Shown: one piece after another, positions 19,676 to 29,922 of the stretch
Layout of the letters: every line of letters begins with the position of its first letter
Numbering within the stretch: the first letter of the stretch is position 1
Position numbers and translations under genes: made by a program
The notes under the pieces: generated by a model
Told to the model about the DNA's origin: nothing
Database searches by the model: none
What the model saw: only the letters and a program-made list of their open reading frames with translations
DNA from: an uncultured Actinomycetes bacterium
GTDB taxonomy: Bacteria; Actinomycetota; Acidimicrobiia; IMCC26256; DASPTH01
Direction of reading: 5' to 3'
Length of the DNA: 64,000 nucleotides
NCBI GenBank assembly: GCA_963782705.1
Contig: CAWAKX010000033.1
Coordinates: 160,196 to 224,195 of the forward strand

Positions 19676-20412
19676 TCAGGGGCGGGTGGCGCGGAGCAGC
19701 ACCGAGGTGCCGACGGGGAGGTCGTGGCGCCGGAGCCAGCGCCGTTCCTGTTCCGCGAGCGGCGCGAACACACGGTCGAGCGCGCGGCGGTCGACGTCGG
19801 AGTCGTCGGGCGGGGCGGCGCGGCGACGCAGGCGGTCGAGCGCGCCGAGTGCGGCGGCCGGCGGGGCGAGGAACGCGAACGCGTAGGTGGCGCGCTCGAC
19901 GCGCAGGCCTGCGTGGTGGGCGAGCGCGGCGAGTCGGTCGCGCCGGTAGCGCCGCTTGCCGTGCACCACGTCGTCGTGGCCGCGCCGCAGCGACATCGAA
20001 CGCCGGCTCCATCAACACCAGCGCGCCGCCGGGTCGCAACGCGCGCGCCAGTTCGCGGACCGCGGCGGCGTCGTCGTCGACGGCGTAGAGCACCGTCACC
20101 GCGATCGGCGGCGTCGAACGCGCCCGACTGCACGGGCAGCGCGGTGAGGTCGCCGAGCACGGGCCGTGTTCCCGGGCGGCGGTCTCGCACGAACGCGAGC
20201 GCGTCGGGGGAGCGGTCGACGCCGACGACGGCACCGTGCTCGGCCAGCCACGCGCCGTTCCCCCCGGGGCCGCAGCCGGCGTCGAGGACACGCAGCGGCG
20301 TGCCGCCCTGCAGGTGGTCGGCGAGCAGGTCGGCGACGAGGGCACGGGTGGAGCGGTACCACCAGTGCGCGTCCTCGACCGCGGCGATGCGCGCGTACTC
20401 CTCGACTTCCAC
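19676..20412 (-). CDS. class I SAM-dependent methyltransferase, 2 frameshifts
   Basis: Motif I is RVLDAGCGPGGNGAWLAEHGAVVGVD, motif post-I is ...GDLTALPVQSGAFDA and motif II is AVTVLYAVDDDAAAVRELARALRPGGALVLMEP. The C-terminus is recovered in the frame of 19676-19996. Confidence 0.7.
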
Positions 20413-20476
20413 GGCGTGACGCTATCCCCAGCGCGATGGCTGCGGCGGCGATGCGGGGTACCCGGTGCGTGGGCGA

Positions 20477-23162
20477 TCAGTGGTTGGCGACGCGCAGCGT
20501 GTCGATCACGAGGTCCGACGAGGACCACGCCTGCACGCCCACACGGTTGCCGACCGCGGCATCGCGGTCGCGCTCACGGGACGCCTGCTCGAGGTCGTCG
20601 ACCCGCAGCACTTCGGCGCCGTTCACCAGGGCCAGGAGGGCGTTGCCGTGCACCTCGAGGCGGACGGTGAGCTTGCCGTACATCGTGTTGGGGTCGTCGG
20701 CCTTCACCCGGGCGATGGGGTTCCACAGCTCCCGGTCGTTCTGCCACTGGCGCACGAGGTAGCCGCCGCCGTCGTAGATGGGGTCGATGTCGAACGAGTA
20801 GCCCGACATCGCGCCGTCGAGGTCGACGCTGGCCCGGAACAGCACGCCCAGACCCGGCCCCGACCGGAAGTCGAGGTCGACCTCGAGGACGTAGTCGTCG
20901 TCGGTGCGGACGTCGGCGAGGGCCCAGCGCTCGTCGGCGCGGCGCATCACCAGTGCTCCGGCGGCCTGCACCTCGACCAGCGGCACCGCGTTGCCGAGCA
21001 GCCAGTCGGTGCCGGCGGTCACGAACTCGGGCTCCGGCTCCGGCTCGGGCTCCGGCTCGTTGAACGCCGTCGGGGCGAAGCTCGCGGGCGCGAAGGCGAA
21101 GACCGGCGCGGCTTCGGCGACGTGGTCGTCGACCGGCGTGTCGGTGACGATCTCGTGGTCGCTGTCCGCGCCGACGGGGGCGACGGCATCCACGTTGCCG
21201 AACGCGTCGGCCCGCCAGACGATCGGCGGGAGCTCGGTGGTCGCGGTCGGTGAACTGCGGCTCGGTGAATTGCGGCTCGGGTTCCGCTTCGAACGGCGCG
21301 GGGTCGTCGGTCGCTCGGCGTCGAACTCGGCGACGCGGTGTCGTCGGTCGCGTCGGGGAGGTAGGTCGCGGCGAGCGTGGCGGCCAGGTCGCTCCCGAAG
21401 CTGAACTCGTGTCCGTCGAGCCTGGGAACCTCGGCGTCGGTCGGGTCCTCGACGGTGGCGGCTGTCTCGAAGCCGGCTCCGTACGGCGGCTCGGTCGACC
21501 GCAACGGTCTCGGTCGCGAACGGTTCGGTCTCGCGCGGTGGTCGACGCGAACGGGTCGGCGGCGAAAACGTCGTACGCGTCGACCGCGTGGGGTCGTCGA
21601 CCGGCGCGTCCTCGGTCGTCGTGCCGTCGCTGTGCACCTCCCACACCGGGGTGAGGGGCTCTTCCCACGTGCCGGGGCCGGCCCACTGGCCGGGCGCGCG
21701 GGGTCGTCGTCCGACGTGGCGTCGGGGGCCTCGCCCCAGTCGACGATGAAGGTGGAGCTCACTGCGGCGGGGTCGAGGTCGTGGTCCCACGGACCGAACG
21801 TGCCGGGCTCGTGCGGCGGGGAGTCGTCGGTGGTCGGGGTGATCCACGGCGAGTCGACCAGCTCCGCGACCACGGGGTCGTCGGTGAGGGTCGGCGGCCG
21901 TCGATCACGGTCTCGGCGCTGGCCGCCGGCGTGCTCCACGGGTCGACGGTCGTGGGCTCGAAGCTCCACAGTGCGTTGGGGTCGGCGGCCGCGAGCTCGG
22001 CGTCGGTCGGGTCGTGCGCGGCGACGTCGTCGGGGGTCCAGTCGTCGGTGCTCTCCCAGAACGACGTGATGTTGTCGCATGGCCGGCGCGGCGGGCGGCC
22101 CCCCCGCAGGCGTCACGGCCTCGTCGGCGGCGTGTCGGGCACCGGCCAGTCGCCGCCGCCCGTCGTGACAAACTCGTCACGCACGAACGGTTGCCGCTGC
22201 GCGAGCCGTGCACCGGGGTCGGGCTCGACCCAACCCCACTCGTCGGCCGGTCGGGGGGCCACGTCGATCGGGGGCGCGTCGGCGCCGCTGTGCAGGACGG
22301 CGGCGTGGCGTCGCGGCCGCGGGGCGGTCGCCTCGGCCATGGCCGGCTGCTGGAGGTTGAAGCCGAAGCCGCTCCCCAGGGTCGGGAACGTGCCGTCGAC
22401 GAGCTCGACCGCGTTGGCCGCGGCGGGCGGCGTCGAGAGCAGGTCGGGCATGCTCGACTCGTCGGGGAGCGGCAGCGGCTCGGGGAGACGGGCCAGCTCC
22501 TCGAACACGTCGACCACCTCGTCTCGGCTGGGGCGGGCTCGGTGGGAGCGGGCGGCGGCACGATCGGGGCCGAGTAGCGCGCCGCGGGCGCGACCTCGGC
22601 CGCGCCGAGCGCCTTGGCCTTGCGGTGCCGTCCGCTCGCAGTCTCGAGCAGCATGGCCCGGATGCGCGCGGCCTCGAGCGGGTCGACGCCGAGGATCTGC
22701 TGGAGGTTCAGCTCGATGGCGCCGGGCTCGCCACCGAGGTCGGCGGCGATCACCGCGAGTTCGCGGTCCTTCACCGGGATGCGCTTGCCGGCCGGGAGCT
22801 GCTGCAGCACGCGCAGGGTGCCGAGGTGGGGAGAGGCCTCCGTCGTGCTCCGTCGAGCGGCGCAGGCTGGCGACCGCGTCGGTGACCGACTCGGCGCCGG
22901 GATCCGTGCGCAGCGCGGGAACGCTGGTGGACGGCGCAGGCGGCACCAACTCGCTCACGTCGACACCGATCGACCCCGCGAGGACCCACAGGTCGCTCTC
23001 GGGGATCGCGGTCTTGCCGCGTTCGTAGTTCACGAGCTCTCGACGGTTGAGACCTGCGCCGCGGGCCACCTCGGAGAGGGAGAGACCCTTGCGGCGCCGG
23101 ACCGCCCGGAGGTGGTTGCCCATCTGCTTCGGAGTCGTCGGGGTGGACGTCGCCTGCGCCAT
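20477..23162 (-). CDS. large multidomain protein: N-terminal XRE-family HTH, long acidic/Pro-rich disordered region, C-terminal DUF1080 (LamG-like jellyroll) domain; several frameshifts
   Basis: The N-terminus is MAQATSTPTTPKQMGNHLRAVRRRKGLSLSEVARGAGLNRRELVNYERGKTAIPESDLWVLAGSIGVDVSELV. The middle pieces, across three frames, are ...GKRIPVKDRELAVIAADLGGEPGAIELNLQQILGVDPLEAARIRAMLLE..., ...DEVVDVFEELARLPEPLPLPDESSMPDLL... and EPEPEPEPE. The C-terminus is DYVLEVDLDFRSGPGLGVLFRA...GYSFDIDPIYDGGGYLVRQW...LTVRLEVHGNALLALVNGAEVL...RVGVQAWSSSDLVIDTLRVANH. Confidence 0.5.
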
Positions 23163-23207
23163 GACAGTCGTATCGGCGGCGCTCCAGCCCGCCTGTAGGG
23201 TCAGCTC

Positions 23208-23726
23208 ATGGCGATCTACGCACTGGGCGACCGGAGCCCCGAGATCCATCCCGAGGCGTTCGTCCACCCCGACGCGGTGGTGATCGGCGACGTCGTGATC
23301 GGCCCCGAGGCCTCCGTCTGGCCCCAGGCGGTGCTGCGGGGCGACTACGGCCGCATCGAGGTGGGAGCCCGCACCAACATCCAGGACGGGGCGGTGATCC
23401 ACGCCACCCACCGCTTCCCGACGGTGATCGGCGACGAGGTGGTGGTCGGCCACCTGGCCCACATGGAGTGCTGCACGGTGGTGGGTCACGCCTTGGTGGG
23501 GACCGGGTCGATCGTGCTGCACCGGGCGGTGATCGAGCGTGACGCTCTCGTCGGGGCGGGCGCGGTGGTGCCCAACGACATGGTGGTGCCGTCACGGGCC
23601 ATGGCCCTCGGGGTGCCGGCGAAGCTGCGGCCCGACACCGTCGACCCCGCCGAGATCGACACCCTCGTCGCCGGCTACGTGGCCAACGCCCAGCGCTACC
23701 GCTCGGAGCTCCGCCGCCTCGACTGA
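23208..23726 (+). CDS. gamma-carbonic anhydrase / hexapeptide-repeat family protein (YrdA/PaaY-like)
   Basis: MAIYALGDRSPEIHPEAFVHPDAVVIGDVVIGPEASVWPQAVLRGDYGRIEVGARTNIQDGAVIH. Confidence 0.85.
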   Translation: MAIYALGDRSPEIHPEAFVHPDAVVIGDVVIGPEASVWPQAVLRGDYGRIEVGARTNIQDGAVIHATHRFPTVIGDEVVVGHLAHMECCTVVGHALVGTGSIVLHRAVIERDALVGAGAVVPNDMVVPSRAMALGVPAKLRPDTVDPAEIDTLVAGYVANAQRYRSELRRLD

Positions 23727-23752
23727 GCCTCGCGGCGTCAGCCCTCGCCGCG

Positions 23753-24115
23753 TCAGCCCTTGACGTAGGAGAACTTCTCGGCGACCAGCCCGTCGCGCAC
23801 GCGCAGGATGTCGACGCCGCGCACCGAACCGCCACCGTCGTCGTCGGTCCAGGTGTAGCGCCAACGCACGACGCAACGGTCGCCGGCGACGACAACATCC
23901 TCGTCGTCGAAGTGGGCGGTCGGCGATGCGGCGAAGAAGGCCGCCCACGCCTCACGAACTGCCGCTGCGCCTTCGTGACGGTTGCCCTCCGGCGGCGACG
24001 TGTCCTCGAACACGCAGTCGGTCGTCATCGCCGCCATGACCGCGTCGACGTCGTGGCGGTTGAACGCGTCGTTGAAACGGTCGACGGCGGCTCGGGTCTC
24101 GGCGTCGCTCGGCAT
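23753..24115 (-). CDS. SnoaL-like / nuclear transport factor 2 family protein
   Basis: MPSDAETRAAVDRFNDAFNRHDVDAVMAAMTTDCVFEDT... Confidence 0.65.
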   Translation of the reverse strand: MPSDAETRAAVDRFNDAFNRHDVDAVMAAMTTDCVFEDTSPPEGNRHEGAAAVREAWAAFFAASPTAHFDDEDVVVAGDRCVVRWRYTWTDDDGGGSVRGVDILRVRDGLVAEKFSYVKG

Positions 24116-24120
24116 CGGGG

Positions 24121-25065
24121 TCACCCCTGTTCGTCCACTGGTTCCTGTTCCTCGCGGCCGCGCCGGAAGAGATCCGGTTCCACGAAGATGAGCGCGGCCT
24201 CCGGCGTGCCGGCGCGCACGCGCGCCTCCACGGTGTCGATCGCGGCGGCCACCTCGGCGACCGACGTCGCCGCGAACTCGAGCTTGGTGGCGAGCAGCAG
24301 CTCCTCGGGACCGAGGTACTGCGTCCGCAGATGGATGATCCGTGTGACCTCGGGGCCGTCGAGGATCGCGCTGCGCAGCTGTTCCTCGACTCCGGGCGAC
24401 GCCGCTTCGCCGATGAGCAGGCTCTTCATCTCGATGGCGAGCACGATCGCGATCGCGCCGAGCAGCAGGCCGATGCCGATGCTGCCCACCGCGTCCCACC
24501 GCGCGTTGCCGGTGATCTCGGCGAGGGTGATGCCGACGAGCGCGAAGACGAGGCCGACCAGCGCGCCGGTGTCCTCGAGCAGCACGACCGGGAGCTCGGG
24601 GTTCTTGGTGGTGCGCACGAACCGCCACCACGTACGCCCACGGCGAATCGAGTTGGCCTCGTTGCGCGCGGTGCGCAACGACAGGCCTTCCGCGACGATC
24701 GCGATGCCGAGCACGGTGTAGGCGACGATCGGCGAATCGAGGTGTTCGGGGTGCAGCAGCTTGTCGATGCCCTCGACGATCGCGAACATCGAACCGAGGG
24801 TGAAGAGCACCAGCGACACGATGAACGCCCAGAAGTAGCGCTCGCGCCCGAAGCCGAACTGGTGCTCGGCGGTGGGCGCCTTGCGGGCACGCTTGCCGCC
24901 GAGGAAGAGCAGCCCCTGGTTGCCGGTGTCGGCGACGGAATGGATGCCCTCCGCCAGCATCGATGCCGAACCGGTGACCGCGAACGCGCCGAATTTCGCG
25001 ATGGCGATCACCAGGTTGGCCACGAAGGCGGCAAAGATCGCCTTGCGCGACCCGTCGGTGCTCAT
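24121..25065 (-). CDS. cation diffusion facilitator (CDF) family transporter
   Basis: MSTDGSRKAIFAAFVANLVIAIAKFGAFAVTGSASMLAEGIHSVADTGNQ... It has six TM helices plus a cytoplasmic C-terminal domain. Confidence 0.85.
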   Translation of the reverse strand: MSTDGSRKAIFAAFVANLVIAIAKFGAFAVTGSASMLAEGIHSVADTGNQGLLFLGGKRARKAPTAEHQFGFGRERYFWAFIVSLVLFTLGSMFAIVEGIDKLLHPEHLDSPIVAYTVLGIAIVAEGLSLRTARNEANSIRRGRTWWRFVRTTKNPELPVVLLEDTGALVGLVFALVGITLAEITGNARWDAVGSIGIGLLLGAIAIVLAIEMKSLLIGEAASPGVEEQLRSAILDGPEVTRIIHLRTQYLGPEELLLATKLEFAATSVAEVAAAIDTVEARVRAGTPEAALIFVEPDLFRRGREEQEPVDEQG

Positions 25066-25081
25066 GCGGGCGACGGGGCGA

Positions 25082-25706
25082 TCATGCGGCGGCGACCGCC
25101 CACACCGTCGAGGTGGTGACCCGCGTGCCGTCGGCGAAGCGCAACACCGACGAGCCGCGCTCGTAGCCCTCGAACACCGCGGTGTGCGCGAACGCCGCAC
25201 CGTCGTCGGTCACGTACGACACCCGCAGCAGGCGGCCCTTGCCGAGGCGGAGTCGTTCGTCCCAGCCGTAGTGCAGCCGGCCGTCGGGCCCACGTCGGGG
25301 CGGTCGTCCGACGTGCACGCCGTGCTCCCGGTACGACTCCGCGAGCGCGCACGCCGCGCTCGGGGCCGCAGAACTCGGTCATCGCGTCGAGCAGCACGCG
25401 GGCGAAGGTGCGGCCGTGGTGGGGGAGCCCGGAATCGATGCCGAGCGCCCAGTGCGCCAGCTCGTGGAGCACGACGGCCTTCGTGCGGTAGCGGCGCGGC
25501 AACGTGATGGTGGGCCCGGTCGGCTCCTCGCGGTAGAAGGCCTGCCGCGCGCCATTGCCCGGACGCAGGCGCGGCACTCCGGCGAGGTCGCGCTCGGGGA
25601 AGCGCTCGTGCCACCAGAGGCTGCCCACCACCTTGTCGACGAAGCCCGCGCACGCGGGGATCCCCGGCAGCGGACTCGACGGCAGCGGTGTCTCCGCCAG
25701 GTACAC
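25082..25706 (-). CDS. putative zinc metallohydrolase (HExxH, TIGR04338-like), one frameshift
   Basis: [13 protein letters not shown] carries the HELAH motif. The C-terminus continues in the frame of 25082-25318 (...[51 protein letters not shown]...). Confidence 0.55.
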
Positions 25707-25834
25707 GCGCCGCCGTTGTGCATCGCGGGGCCGGCGGGGGGCCGCCGCCGTCCGGACCCGAAGATGAGAAAGTCGGCCAAGGGTTCGTGAGGCGAGGCGT
25801 GCGGCATCGCGTCCCCAAACTACGCTCCCGACCT

Positions 25835-26793
25835 GTGACCGCCGTACAACCCACCGACCGTGTGCTCGACCGTGCTGGCGAGGCGGTGGTCGAGATCAAG
25901 GGGCTGTCGAAGCGGTTCGGCGCCGGCGTGCTCGCGGTCGACGACCTGAGCTTCGACGTGCAGCGCGGCCAGGTGGTCGGACTGCTCGGGCCCAACGGCG
26001 CGGGCAAGACCACGTGCCTGCGCATGCTGCTCGGTCTGATCCGTCCCACTGCGGGCGAAGCGCGGCTGTTCGGCACCCGCGTGAAGCCCGGGCACGCGCG
26101 AGTTGCGGCGGGTCGGTGCGCTGATCGAGTCGGCGGCGTTCGTGCCGCACCTCTCGGGAATGCGCAACCTGCGCATGTGGTGGGAGGAGGGCGGCGCGAA
26201 GTGGCGCGACGCCGATCTCGAGCACCGCGCTGGCGATCGCCGATCTCGGCACGGCCATCGACCGCAAGGTGAAGACCTACTCGCAGGGCATGCGCCAGCG
26301 CCTCGGCCTGGCCCGGGTGCTGCTCGGCCGTCCCGAGATCCTCGTGCTCGACGAGCCCACCAACGGTCTCGACCCGCAGGAGATGCGCGAGGTGCGCAAC
26401 CTCGTGCGCCGCGTCGCCGATGCCGGCGCCACCGTGCTCTTCTCCAGCCACGTGCTCGCCGAGGTGGAGCAGATCTGCACCCACGCGGTGGTGATGGACC
26501 GCGGGAAGTTCGTGGCCGGCGGCTCGGTCGCCGAGCTGATCGGCACCTCGGGCTCGGTCTACCTCGAGGTGAGCGACGTCGACGGCCGCCGAGCGGCTGC
26601 TCGCCGACGTTCCCGAACGTCACCTCGGTCGGACGCGAGCCACCGGGGCTGGTGCTCGACCTCGCAGGACCACGGATCGCGGGCCGAGTTGGTGAAGGCG
26701 CTGGTCGACGCGGGCATCGGCGTCGACACCGTGATGTTGCGCCGCCGGCTCGAGGACGCGTTCCTCGGCCTCGTCGAGGAGTGGCGCTCGTGA
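25835..26793 (+). CDS. ABC transporter ATP-binding protein, 2 frameshifts
   Basis: Walker A is [12 protein letters not shown], the signature is [12 protein letters not shown] and Walker B is ILVLDEP, spread over three frames. Confidence 0.75.
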
Positions 26794-27632
26794 TCGCGCT
26801 GCTGCGGGTCGAGTTGGTCAAGGCGCTGAAGCGCATGCGCACCTACATGGTGTTCGCGATCGTGATCGGCATCCCGGTCGTCATGACGATCGCGGTGAAC
26901 GCCAACCCGCCCGAGCGCGCCCGGGCGGGGCGACAGCGGGCGGAGCGGGCGGCCTCTTCTACCTGGCCACCCAGACCGGTCTGGTGATGCCGGCGGCCGC
27001 GCTGCGGCTGATGAGCGGGTTCCTGCTCGTGATCATCGTCGCGGTCTTCGGCGGCGATGCGATCGCGGGCGAGGCGTCGTGGGGGAACCTGCGGTACCTG
27101 CTCATGCGCCCGATCGGGCGAGGGCGGCTCCTCGGCACCAAGTTCGCGGTGGCGCTGCTGTGCGCCTGGATCGCGGTGACTCCTCGTGGTGCTCACCGGT
27201 TTCGTGGCCGGCGTGATCGCCTTCGGCTACCACGACCTCAACGTGCCCGGCCTGTTGTTCTCGTCGTACTCGCAGTCGGCGACGACGGTGCTCGGCCATC
27301 TCGGCATCGCCACGGTGTACGTGGCGTGGAGCCTCGCGGCCGTGGTCGCGTTCTCGTTCCTGTTCTCGATGCTCACCGACGCACCAACCGGCGCGGTGTT
27401 CGCCGGCGTCGGCCTCTACATCACGTCGACGATCCTCGACGCCATCGACTCGATCCCGAGCGGCATCCGCAACATCCTGCCGACGCACTACTTCGACAGC
27501 TGGGTCGACATGTTCACGCAGAACCACGTGAGCAGCGACATGTGGAAGGGCGCGGGCCTCACGCTCGTGTACGTCGTGGTGTTCGTCGCGGTCGCGGCCT
27601 GGCACTTCCGCCGCAAGGACATCCTCAGCTGA
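26790..27632 (+). CDS. ABC-2 type transporter permease, at least 2 frameshifts
   Basis: The GTG overlaps the ATPase stop. TM segments are ...MVFAIVIGIPVVMTIAV..., ...LMSGFLLVIIVAVFGGDAIAGEASWGNLRYLLMRPIGRGRLLGTKFAV... and ...FSFLFSMLTDAPTGAVFAGVGLYITSTILDAI... Confidence 0.65.
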
Positions 27633-28545
27633 GGTCGGGGAGGTCCTGGGTGCCGGCGAGGCTGGCGGCGTAGAGGTCGCCGAGCTCGTCGACCCGGGTG
27701 AGCACGACGTCGGGCGTGAACACCAGCGCGTCGGTGTCGCCGTCGGCGCCGGCCGCGACCTCGTCCCACGACACCGGGGTCGACACCCCGGGCGTGTCGG
27801 TGGCGCGCAGCGAGTAGGCGCACACCGTCGTCTTGTGACGGTCGTTCTGGCTCCAGTCGACGAACACCTTGCCGCCGCGTTCGTTCTTCGCCATGTTCGT
27901 GGTGACGCGCTTCGCGTCGCGCGACTCGAGCACCCGCCCGAGCGCGAGCGCGAAGCCCTTGGTGTGGTCGTCGTCGACCGACGGCCGGATGCCCACCGAC
28001 AGGTGCAGGCCCTTCGAGCCCGACGTCTTGACGACCGCGTCGAGGTCGAGCTGCAGCAAGCAGGTCGCGCAGGTCGAGCGCGACGCGGGCGCAGTCGGCG
28101 AGGTCGCAGCCCGGCCCGGGGTCGAGGTCGAAGACGATCGCGCTGGGCTTCCACGGATCTGCGGCCCGGGCCTGGGGCGTGTGCAGCTCCAGCGCCGCGA
28201 GGTTGGCCGTCCACACCAGCGCCGCGGGTTCGTCGATCGAGCACGCGCCGATCTCGGAGTCGGCGTCGAGCGGCACGGTCGGCAGCCAGGCTGGACGGTG
28301 CCGGGGGCAGCGCTTCTCGAAGAACCGTTCGCCGGTCACGCCGTCGGGGAGGCGCAGCATGGTGACCGGCCGGTCGTGCAGGTGGGGGAGCATGACGGGC
28401 GCGACCTGCGTGTAGTAGTGGATCACCTCGCCTTTGGTGAACCCGGTGGCGGGGTACAGCACCTTCTGCAGGTTGGTGAGGCGGAGCCGCCGGCCGTCGA
28501 CCTCCACCTCGACCGGAGCGCCGCCATCGGGGGAGTGCTTGGTCC
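27625..28545 (-). CDS. stand-alone LigD polymerase/primase domain protein (NHEJ), one frameshift
   Basis: ...VEVDGRRLRLTNLQKVLYPATGFTKGEVIHYYTQVAPVMLPHLHDRPVTMLRLPDGVTGERFFEKR... continues as ...LDLDAVVKTSGSKGLHLSVGI...FVDWSQNDRHKTTVCAYSLRA... The start is uncertain. Confidence 0.65.
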
Positions 28546-28598
28546 GGGGGGCCACGACCTGCGAAGGTAGTAGGGAAGCCGCCAGGGGAGAAGAGGCC

Positions 28599-29530
28599 TT
28601 GCCGCAAGCCATCTGGACTGGATCGATCAGCTTCGGGCTGGTGACCGTGCCCGTACGAGTCGTGTCCGCCACCCGTTCGCTCGACGTGCGCTTCCACCAA
28701 TTGGAGGAGGGCACGGGTCGCGCGTGCGGATGCGGCGCGTGTCGGAGCAGACCGGCGACGAGGTGCCCTACGACCGCATCGTCAAGGGGTACGAGGTCGA
28801 GCCCGGCCGCTACGTGATGGTGGAGCCCGACGAGATCGCCGCGCTCAAGCCCACGGCGAGCCGGATGATCGAGATCGAGGACTTCGTCGACCTCGCCGAC
28901 ATCGACCCGGTCTACTTCGAGCAGCCCTACTACCTGATCCCCGACAAGGACGCCGCGAAGCCGTACCAGCTCCTCGTCGACGTGATGGAGCAGGAGCAGA
29001 AGGTGGCGATCGGCCGGTTCGTGATGCGCTCCAAGGAGTCGCTGGTGGCGATCCGCCCCCTCGACGGGGTGCTCTGCCTCGAGACGATGCGCTACCACGA
29101 CGAGGTGCTCGCGCCCGACCGCGACCAGCCGTTGCCCGAGCCCGCGAACGAGCCGTCCGAGCGGGAGATCGAGATGGCCCGCCAGCTCGTGGCCACCCTC
29201 TCCACCACGTTCGATCCCGAGAAGTACCGCGACGAGTACCGCGAGGAGCTGCTCGCGCTCATCGACAAGAAGGCGGCGGGCGAGGAGATCATCACCCACG
29301 CCGCGCCCGAGGAGCCGGGCAAGGTGCTCGACCTCATGGCCGCGCTCGAGGCGAGCCTGGCCCGGTCGGGGGCCCGTCAGGCCGCGAAGGCGCCGCCGCG
29401 CACGACGGTCCGCAAGGCGGTGAAGCAGCCGGCGACGACCGCGGCCAAGGTCGAGAAGGCCACACCGGCCAAGGCGACCAAGAAGGCCGCGGCGGCGAAG
29501 CCGGTGAAGCGGGCCAAGAAGAGCGCCTGA
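28599..29530 (+). CDS. ku: Ku protein (NHEJ), one frameshift near 28720
   Basis: A TTG start gives (M)PQAIWTGSISFGLVTVPVRVVSATRSLDVRFHQLEEGTG... and then ...RVSEQTGDEVPYDRIVKGYEVEPGRYVMVEPDEIAALKP... with a Lys/Ala-rich C-terminal tail. Confidence 0.8.
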
Positions 29531-29553
29531 CCCGCGGCGCTGACCCGGGCGGA

Positions 29554-29763
29554 CTACGACGCGCGGCGGGCGGGCACCCGCGCCGCAGGACCGCGGCGGC
29601 GCAGCGGGATGGCAGCCCCGACCGGGGAACGGTGATCGTCGGCGAGCCAACCGCAGGAACACACGTCGGCGTCGTCGGTGGGGCGGAAACCGGTGCAGGC
29701 CTCGAAGGCCACCGACTCACCGCGGAACAGGCGGGCCTCGAAGCGGACTCGTCGTGGGCTCAT
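29554..29763 (-). CDS. small hypothetical Cys-containing protein (69 aa)
   Basis: An ATG start has the strong RBS GAGGGAGG 8 nt upstream. The protein is MSPRRVRFEARLFRGESVAFEACTGFRPTDDADVCSCGWLADDHRSP... No family recognised. Confidence 0.3.
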   Translation of the reverse strand: MSPRRVRFEARLFRGESVAFEACTGFRPTDDADVCSCGWLADDHRSPVGAAIPLRRRGPAARVPARRAS

Positions 29764-29788
29764 GGACGTCGGCCTCCCTCGACCGGGC

Positions 29789-29808
29789 GAATCACAGAAG
29801 TGTGATTC
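29789..29808. promoter_or_regulatory. perfect palindrome GAATCACA-N4-TGTGATTC in divergent promoter region
   Basis: Read directly: gaatcacagaagtgtgattc lies between the small ORF (29763, minus strand) and the GNAT gene (29923, plus strand). Confidence 0.5.
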
Positions 29809-29922
29809 ATCTCGCTCAGCGTAGTGACACGCACGCTCCGCGTGGTGGATAGTGGGTGGTTGGGTGGATGTGGGACGCTCCGACCTTCGCGCCGGGCTGT
29901 GACACCAACGGGAGGTGACGGA

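Noticed and set aside
20990-21080. ccggctccggctcgggctccggctcg repeat
   Set aside because: It is coding low-complexity (EPEPEPEP) inside the disordered region of the HTH-DUF1080 protein, not an independent repeat element.
25688-26272. Long N-terminal extension ([22 protein letters not shown]...) of the ABC ATPase ORF
   Set aside because: The extension is Gly/Pro/Arg-rich junk. The genuine start is the GTG at 25835, just before the conserved [19 protein letters not shown] block.
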